DNA of 64,000 bases from an uncultured Enterovirga sp. GTDB taxonomy: Bacteria > Pseudomonadota > Alphaproteobacteria > Rhizobiales > Beijerinckiaceae. The position numbers were made by a program, and so were the translations under genes. Below the pieces are notes generated by a model that was not told the origin of the DNA, searched no databases, and was given only the letters and a program-made list of their open reading frames with translations. Shown one piece after another: positions 29,478 to 36,014 of this stretch (within the stretch, counting starts at the first letter, position 1; each line of letters starts with the position of its first letter). The stretch spans positions 24,593-88,592 of the forward strand of contig NZ_CAXTAZ010000011.1 of NCBI RefSeq assembly GCF_964242715.1, read 5' to 3'.

Positions 29478-29684
29478 TTACGTCGCCGCCTTCGGGCAGG
29501 TGACGACCGCGCCGGCCTGGCTGCCGATCAGCTGCCGGTCGGCTTCGTCCAGGTGATGCTCGCGCACGAAGAGCGGCCACGACGGGGCTGACGTCTCGCC
29601 GGCACCCGTCCAGGCGATCGTCTCGGCATATTCCGCCATCATCTCGTCGATCTCTGCTGGGCCGATCACGCGGTGTCCTGTCAT
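29478..29684 (-). CDS. Hypothetical small acidic protein (68 aa)
   Basis: MTGHRVIGPAEIDEMMAEYAETIAWTGAGETSAPSWPLFVREHHLDEADRQLIGSQAGAVVTCPKAAT. The composition is protein-like and I recognise no motif. It is divergent from the TIR gene. Confidence 0.4.
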   Translation of the reverse strand: MTGHRVIGPAEIDEMMAEYAETIAWTGAGETSAPSWPLFVREHHLDEADRQLIGSQAGAVVTCPKAAT

Positions 29685-29846
29685 GTTGCACTGCAGCAAA
29701 GCCGCGCCGACCGCTCCGTTCCACGCCCGGTCAGCATGCCGCAGCCCCGGATGGGAGCAGCCGACCCGCAAGCTTGACCGTATCGCGGGTGCGTTCTACC
29801 CAAAAGAGGTTCCGCTCCCGGCACCGGAGAGAGGCTCCAGGCGCCC

Positions 29847-32800
29847 ATGTCGCGTCTCTTCATCAGCCATTCCAGCCAGAACAACGCCGAAGCGGCGGCT
29901 TTGCTCAAATGGCTGAGGGAGCAGGGCTGGGACGACGTCTTCCTCGACATCACGCCCGATCGGGGCATCGCGGCCGGCGAGAAATGGGAACGGTCGCTGA
30001 ACGAGGCGGCCTCGCGCTGCGAAGCGGTGCTGTTCCTCGTCTCGCGACCCTGGATCGCCTCGCGCTGGTGCCGCAAGGAATATGATCTTGCCCGCCGGCT
30101 GAACAAGCGGCTCTTCGGCGCTCTGGTCGAGGTCATCCCGGTCGCGGAGCTGCCCTCCGAGGTGACCGAGACCTTCCAGATGGTCGACCTCGCCTCCGGC
30201 CAGGATCACCGCATGATCCGGACGGAGCTCCCTCGGACGCATGAGGAGATCCATGTCACCTTCTCGAACGAGGGCCTGGCCCGCCTGAAAGACGGCCTTG
30301 CCCGGGCCGGGCTCGATCCGCGCTTCTTCGCCTGGCCGCCGGACGCCGATCCGGGCCGGTCGCCCTATCGCGGTCTGAAGGCGCTGGAAGCCGAGGATGC
30401 CGGCATCTTCTTCGGCCGCGATGCGCCGATCGTCGAGGGCCTCGACATGCTGCGGGGCCTTGCGGAGGCCGCCGCGCCGCGCCTCTTCGTGATCATCGGG
30501 GCGTCTGGGGCCGGGAAGTCGTCCTTCCTCCGGGCGGGCCTCCTGCCGCGGCTCGCGCGCGACGACCGCACCTTCCTGGCCCTGCCGGTGATCCGGCCCG
30601 AGGGCGGGGCCGTGACCGGCGAGAGCGGCCTCCTGCCGGCGCTCGAAGCGGCGCTCGCGGCCCGCGGCATCCCGCAATCCCGCGCCGCGATCCGGACCGC
30701 CCTCGCCGGCGGGGCCGCGACGCTGAAGCCTTTGCTCGCCCGGCTCGCGGGCCGGGCCCAAACCGTGATGCCCGATGCCGAGGGCGCGGCGAAGCCGCCG
30801 ATGGTCACGATCTCGATCGACCAGGCCGAGGAGCTGTTCCGGCAGGATTGCGAGGGCGAGGAGTTGCTGGCGTTCGTGCGCGACCTCGTCACCGCCGACG
30901 ACCCGGCCGTGATCGTGCTGTTCACGATCCGGTCGGATTCCTACGACCATCTCGAGACCGCGAAGCCGCTGGAAGGCCTGCGCCAGCGTACCCTACCGCT
31001 CCTGCCGATGCCGCGCGGCGCCTACCAGACCGTGATCGAGGGCCCGGCGGCCCGCCTCGCGGGGACCAACCGGCCGCTCGCGATCGAGGCGCGGCTGACC
31101 CAGCGGCTGCTCGAGGATATCGAGCGGGGGGGCGGCTCGGACGCGCTGCCGCTCCTCGCCTTCACGCTCGGCCAGCTCTATCTCGATTTCGGCGGCGGCG
31201 GCGCGCTCCGGCTAGAGGATTACGAGGAATTCGGCGGCATCCGGGGCGCGATCGAGGCCGCGGTCCGGCGAGCCATGGTGGCAGCCGACCACGATGCCCG
31301 CCTGCCGCGCGATCCCGCCTCCCGCCTCCTCCTGCTCCGGCGCGGGCTGATTCCGTGGCTCGCCAATGTCGACCCGGAGACCGCGAGCCCGCGACGGCGA
31401 CGGGTGCCGCTCTCTGACATCCCGAGGGAGGCCGAACCGCTCATCCGTCTCCTGGTCGAGCAGCGGCTCCTCTCGATCGACCGGTCGGTCCTGCGGGACA
31501 CCGCGGGGGAGCGGGTCGAGACCACGATCGAGCCGGCGCACGAAGCGCTGCTGCGGCAATGGGGCTTGCTGCGGGGCTGGCTCGAGGAGGATTTCTCCGC
31601 CCTCACCATCCTGGAGGCCGTGAAGCGCGCCGCCCGTGACTGGGTTGCGAATGCGCGAGGCCAGGACTGGCTGAACCATACCGGCACCCGCCTTGCCGAG
31701 GCCGAGACGATCGCGGCCCGCCAGGACCTCGCCGGCGACCTCGGCGAGACGGCGCGAGACTACCTCGCGGGCTGCCGCACGCGCGACGACGCTGAGGAAG
31801 AGGCCCGCCTGCAGCGGATCGAGAACGAGCGCCGGCTGGCCGAAAGCCAGCTTCGGCTCGCCGAGGCTGACCGGCTGGCCGCGGAGGAAAAGGCTGCGGC
31901 AGCGCAGGCCCGGGCCGCGGCCTCGCGCCGTTTTGCCCGGCTCACGATCGCGGCCACGGTCGCGGTCGCGATCGGCCTCGCCGCCGCCGGCGGTTTCGCG
32001 GCGCTGAACCAGATGCAGAAGCAGCGCACCGCCGACGCGCTCGCCTCGGCCGAGGCTGGGCGCTGGGTGGCGAAATCCCAGGCCGAGCTCCGCGACGACG
32101 ATCCGGTCGAGGCGATGCGCAGCGCGCTCCGGGCCTACCGGCAGCTGCCGCGGGAGGATACGCGCTCGGCGCTCCTCGCCGCCCTCCTGGATATCCCGAA
32201 CCTCGCCGGCACGGTGAAGCTCCCCGATGGTCCCGCCCAGGCCCTCGCCTGGCTCGACGGCGGCACGCTCGGCTTCGCCTCGCAGGGCGGGGTCCTGCGC
32301 CGGATCCCGGTGCCGGGCCAGCCTGGCGACCGCACATTCGACGCGGCCGCCTGGCCCTCGCCGCCGGTCGAAGACCTGAAGGCGGGCCATGCCTTCGTGC
32401 GAGCCATCCGGCGGGTCGCGCCGGACAGGGTCGTGGCCGCGCTCTCGGACGGCTCGGTCCTGGCCATCGGGCGGTCGGACCCGAAGGCGGTCGAGCTCGT
32501 CCGCCCGGGCCCGAACACGGTTGTCGACGCGGCTGCGATCGGCCGGACCGGCGCCCTCGTCGCATCCGCCGCCAACGGCGAGGGCCTGAGCCTCGCGACC
32601 TGCGACGGGCAAAGCTGCACGACACGCCGCCTGAGCGAAGGTCCAGCCCTGTCGGTCGCCATCGACGAGAGCGAGACCAAGGTCGCGATGGGCGACGAGG
32701 GCGGCAACGTCTTCGTCTTCGAGCCGTCGGGTGCGCCGCATGGCCGGACGGTCGCGCTCGGCTCGCCCGTGACCTCGATCGGCTTCGGCGAGGGCGGCGC

Positions 32801-34124
32801 CTGGCTTGCCGCCGGCACGGCGTCGGGCGAGGCCGTGATCGTCGACCCGGTTCAGGGGAGCGTGGTCTTGCGGGCGGGCATGTCGACGCGACCGGTCGGC
32901 AGCGTGGCCGCTTCGCCGGTCGGGACGAAGGCGGCGTTCAGCTGCGGCGAGACGACGGCCTGCCTCTGGTGGCTGCGCCGGTCCGAGGCGTCGGGCGTCG
33001 CGTCGGCGGGATCGACGCGCCTGCCGGGCCAGCGCGGCGTCGTGGTCGCGACGGCCTGGTCGCCCGCGGGCGACCGGCTCGCGACGGCCTTCTCCGACGG
33101 CATCGTGCGGGTCTGGCGATCCGACGCGACGGGACAGGTCGGCGCGGCTTTCCGTCCCGAGCGGATGGTGAACCTGCTTCGCGTCCAGGCGAGCCCGGAC
33201 GGCAGCCTGGTCGCGGCCGGCGGCGGCGACGGCGCCGTCAGGATCTGGGACCGGCGCACCCATGCCCTGCGACGGGTGCTGCACAGGCCGGGCGGCGAGT
33301 TCGAGACGCGCTCGGTCGCCTGGGCGCCCGACGGCCGCATCGCGGCGGTCCATGACGACGGGGCCGTCGCGATCTGGCCGGCAAGCGGCGGCGACGGCGA
33401 GCCTGTCGTGAAACGCTGGGACGCGAATGCCAACCCGGGCCTGGCCTGGACCGGTGGCGGGCGCATGCTCGCCGTCGCGCTGGGAGATGGCCGCATCGCG
33501 CTGCACGACCCCGCGACCGGACAGGACGCGTTCCTGCCGGCGATCGGTCCCGGCACGGATCCCTGGGGCCTCCTCGCGAGCCCCGACGGCGCCTCGCTCG
33601 TCGCGACCTACGTCCGGGGCGAGATCCGCCGCTGGCAGCCCGCCGCGAAAACCCACACCGTTCTACGCTCCGCGGCCGACAGGCCGGCTGGCGAGCGCGG
33701 CGGTCCCGAAAGCCTGTCGGAGAGCCCGGACGGCCGCCGGCTCGCGGTCACGGCGGACGACGAGGACGTCCGGGTGCTCGACCGCAGCGCCGGCACTTGG
33801 ACGACGCTCCGGACGGAATCGCCGCAGACGAAGGCGGTCGCCTTCAGTCCCGACGGCGCTCGGCTCGCGGCGCTCGGCGTCGATGGGCGGCTCTATCTCT
33901 GGACGGTCGCGGCGACCGGGTTCGAGCGACACCTGTCGTTGCAGCCCTCCGCCGGTCCGACGCAGCTCGGTTCGCGGCGGCCGGCGAACGGGCTCAGCTG
34001 GGCCGGTCCGGACACGCTGGTCGTCGCGACATCGGGCGGGACGCTGCAGGCGATCGGGTTTGACGAGGCGGCCTGGGTGCGGCGGGCGGAGACGCTCGAT
34101 CTCGCCGTCGCGCCGGGTCCGTGA
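29847..34124 (+). CDS. TIR domain - STAND-type P-loop NTPase - coiled coil - hydrophobic helix - WD40-like beta-propeller protein (1425 aa)
   Basis: TIR: MSRLFISHSSQNN...VLFLVSRPWIASRWCRKEY (Glu78 at 30078-30080). NTPase: SPYRGLKALEAEDAGIFFGRD, Walker A GASGAGKSS (30498-30521), Walker B ISIDQAEELF (30810-), LPLLAFTLGQLY. Coiled coil at about aa 645-695. Hydrophobic helix LTIAATVAVAIGLAAAGGFAAL (31938-32006). C-terminal repeats have the form SPDG..LA....DG.VR.W. Confidence 0.9.
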   Translation: MSRLFISHSSQNNAEAAALLKWLREQGWDDVFLDITPDRGIAAGEKWERSLNEAASRCEAVLFLVSRPWIASRWCRKEYDLARRLNKRLFGALVEVIPVAELPSEVTETFQMVDLASGQDHRMIRTELPRTHEEIHVTFSNEGLARLKDGLARAGLDPRFFAWPPDADPGRSPYRGLKALEAEDAGIFFGRDAPIVEGLDMLRGLAEAAAPRLFVIIGASGAGKSSFLRAGLLPRLARDDRTFLALPVIRPEGGAVTGESGLLPALEAALAARGIPQSRAAIRTALAGGAATLKPLLARLAGRAQTVMPDAEGAAKPPMVTISIDQAEELFRQDCEGEELLAFVRDLVTADDPAVIVLFTIRSDSYDHLETAKPLEGLRQRTLPLLPMPRGAYQTVIEGPAARLAGTNRPLAIEARLTQRLLEDIERGGGSDALPLLAFTLGQLYLDFGGGGALRLEDYEEFGGIRGAIEAAVRRAMVAADHDARLPRDPASRLLLLRRGLIPWLANVDPETASPRRRRVPLSDIPREAEPLIRLLVEQRLLSIDRSVLRDTAGERVETTIEPAHEALLRQWGLLRGWLEEDFSALTILEAVKRAARDWVANARGQDWLNHTGTRLAEAETIAARQDLAGDLGETARDYLAGCRTRDDAEEEARLQRIENERRLAESQLRLAEADRLAAEEKAAAAQARAAASRRFARLTIAATVAVAIGLAAAGGFAALNQMQKQRTADALASAEAGRWVAKSQAELRDDDPVEAMRSALRAYRQLPREDTRSALLAALLDIPNLAGTVKLPDGPAQALAWLDGGTLGFASQGGVLRRIPVPGQPGDRTFDAAAWPSPPVEDLKAGHAFVRAIRRVAPDRVVAALSDGSVLAIGRSDPKAVELVRPGPNTVVDAAAIGRTGALVASAANGEGLSLATCDGQSCTTRRLSEGPALSVAIDESETKVAMGDEGGNVFVFEPSGAPHGRTVALGSPVTSIGFGEGGAWLAAGTASGEAVIVDPVQGSVVLRAGMSTRPVGSVAASPVGTKAAFSCGETTACLWWLRRSEASGVASAGSTRLPGQRGVVVATAWSPAGDRLATAFSDGIVRVWRSDATGQVGAAFRPERMVNLLRVQASPDGSLVAAGGGDGAVRIWDRRTHALRRVLHRPGGEFETRSVAWAPDGRIAAVHDDGAVAIWPASGGDGEPVVKRWDANANPGLAWTGGGRMLAVALGDGRIALHDPATGQDAFLPAIGPGTDPWGLLASPDGASLVATYVRGEIRRWQPAAKTHTVLRSAADRPAGERGGPESLSESPDGRRLAVTADDEDVRVLDRSAGTWTTLRTESPQTKAVAFSPDGARLAALGVDGRLYLWTVAATGFERHLSLQPSAGPTQLGSRRPANGLSWAGPDTLVVATSGGTLQAIGFDEAAWVRRAETLDLAVAPGP

Positions 34125-34181
34125 TGGACCTTCCGGCCGGCCGTTTCGGGCGATAGGATTTCGAGGCGGAGGGAGCGAGCG

Positions 34182-36014
34182 ATGGCGGACCGGCATCTCG
34201 GATCAGCGGCAACCCTTCTGGCCGGCGTCTTCTTCGCCCTAGCGCTGTGCGGCTCGGCCGGGGCGGAGGAGGACGACGCCTCCCCGACGGCCCGCGTAGT
34301 CGTCGCCCTTCCGGCCGAAGCGGGAGCGTGGCGCAGCCGCAGCCAGCCGGTCTACGATCCGAAGGCCCAGGCGCTCGTCCGCAAGCTCTACACGGTTTGG
34401 GACCCCACGCCGTCGCGGGGGCTCGACTTCACCTGGCTGCCGGATCGTCCGGCGGATGGCGAGGCGGAACGCATCACCGGCCAGGGGCGGCTCGTCTGGC
34501 GGGCCGCCGGGAAGCCCTCCTACGATCCGGCCTCCTTCGTGGCCGAGTATCGCGGCCGCATGCAGGCCGGTCGTCCGGACGGCGTCGGGAGCTATCGCGA
34601 TCGGCAGGGCCTGTCCTACGAGGGTGGCTGGGTCGGCGGGCGCCCGGCCGGCACCGGCGCGATGAAGCTCGGCAACGGCGCCGAATATGCCGGTCGGTTC
34701 GAGCATGGTGGCGCGGAAGGCCTGGGCCGGTTCTACGACGTCGACGGCGAGATCTTCGAGGGCCTGTTCCGGCGCGGGCTGCGGGAGGGACGGGGCCGCA
34801 CGATCCTGCCGGGCGGCGGCGCCTACCAGTCGCGATGGGTGGCCGGCGAGGAGGTCGCGAATTCCCGCAAGCTCCGGGTCGCGCAGCTCGGCCCCGGAGT
34901 CGCTGCGAATGACGACATCCGGCTCGGCATCACGGTCGATCGCGTCGATGATCCCGACCTCCTGCAATACACGACCAGCAATGCCGAGAGCGGACTCCTG
35001 ATCCGGCCGAGCAAGGGGCGGCTGATGGATGCCTGGAAGGGCAATGGCGAGATCCAGTTGACCGAGCGCGAGGAGGGGATCACCGGGCGCGGCAGCTACG
35101 GCATCTTCGCCTTCGCGGCCGGCGACATGCCGCCTCTGTCGCTCGTCTTCGAGGTGCAGAACCGGGCGGCTGCCCCGGTCCGGGTGCGCGGGGCCTATCT
35201 CGACGTGGATGCGAGCAATACCGATCTTCAGCCCGCGATCCAGATGAGCGGCGGCTCCTCGGGCGAATGCAGCGCGCGGGCCCGTTCCGATTTCTCCCCG
35301 CGCTACGAACTCGAGAATTTCGGCTGGGGTGCGGCGGAAGGCGCCAAGCTCCGCTTCAACTTCGTGGCGCCACGCTCGAACGCCGCCTCGCCGTCTGCGA
35401 TCACGAAAGAGGTCGGCAATGTCACGACCGTCAGCAAGGTCGATTTTGAGGCCGAGCTCCGGGCCGCCGGGGTCAAGACCGATATCCTGAAGCAGCGGGC
35501 CCAGAGCGGCGGCATCGCCTGCAAGTCCAAGGGCAATCCCGGCGCCTGCCTCGCCGAGATCGTGGCGACCGGCTATTTCGGCACCCTCGGGCGTCTCGTT
35601 CGGCTCGATGAGCGGGACATCGTCCTCCACGCGGGCGGCACGCTCGATTACGGGTGGCGGACGCAAGGTGGCGAGCAGAAGACCCGGTCATCTCCCTTCA
35701 ACGCGCGGCTCCTGCTGGCCCGCACCCCGGTCGAGGCGGAATGCGGCGAGGGGGCCGAGAAGGAGGCCGTCGGCAAGAAGCCGCTCGAGTTCCGGCTCGA
35801 CCAGACGCGCTACCGGCTGCCGGTCGCCTTCGAGCGCACCGTCCGGGCAGGCGGCAGCGCGCGCTACACCGTCACCTTGCAGGCCCCGAAATCCTCCGAA
35901 CACAAATTCAAGGTCGTGCTGCAGACGGCCGATGGCCGGCAGATCGCCTCGCGGCCGATCGCGCTCACCTATTTCCGGCCGAACCGCCTGACGGACCAGT
36001 ATCTGAACCAGTGA
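34182..36014 (+). CDS. Secreted MORN-repeat protein with a large uncharacterised C-terminal domain (610 aa)
   Basis: GGAGGGAG RBS. Signal peptide MADRHLGSAATLLAGVFFALALCGSAGA. MORN-like units: YRGRMQAGRPDGVGSY, YEGGWVGGRPAGTGAM, YAGRFEHGGAEGLGRF, FEGLFRRGLREGRGRT. About 370 aa at the C-terminus carry no motif I recognise and include four Cys. Confidence 0.85.
   Translation: MADRHLGSAATLLAGVFFALALCGSAGAEEDDASPTARVVVALPAEAGAWRSRSQPVYDPKAQALVRKLYTVWDPTPSRGLDFTWLPDRPADGEAERITGQGRLVWRAAGKPSYDPASFVAEYRGRMQAGRPDGVGSYRDRQGLSYEGGWVGGRPAGTGAMKLGNGAEYAGRFEHGGAEGLGRFYDVDGEIFEGLFRRGLREGRGRTILPGGGAYQSRWVAGEEVANSRKLRVAQLGPGVAANDDIRLGITVDRVDDPDLLQYTTSNAESGLLIRPSKGRLMDAWKGNGEIQLTEREEGITGRGSYGIFAFAAGDMPPLSLVFEVQNRAAAPVRVRGAYLDVDASNTDLQPAIQMSGGSSGECSARARSDFSPRYELENFGWGAAEGAKLRFNFVAPRSNAASPSAITKEVGNVTTVSKVDFEAELRAAGVKTDILKQRAQSGGIACKSKGNPGACLAEIVATGYFGTLGRLVRLDERDIVLHAGGTLDYGWRTQGGEQKTRSSPFNARLLLARTPVEAECGEGAEKEAVGKKPLEFRLDQTRYRLPVAFERTVRAGGSARYTVTLQAPKSSEHKFKVVLQTADGRQIASRPIALTYFRPNRLTDQYLNQ

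Noticed and set aside
29774-29802. Putative sigma-70 promoter (TTGACC-N17-TACCCA) upstream of the TIR-STAND gene
   Set aside because: The -35 element is good, but the -10 hexamer matches TATAAT at only three positions and lacks the invariant final T. It is too weak to call.
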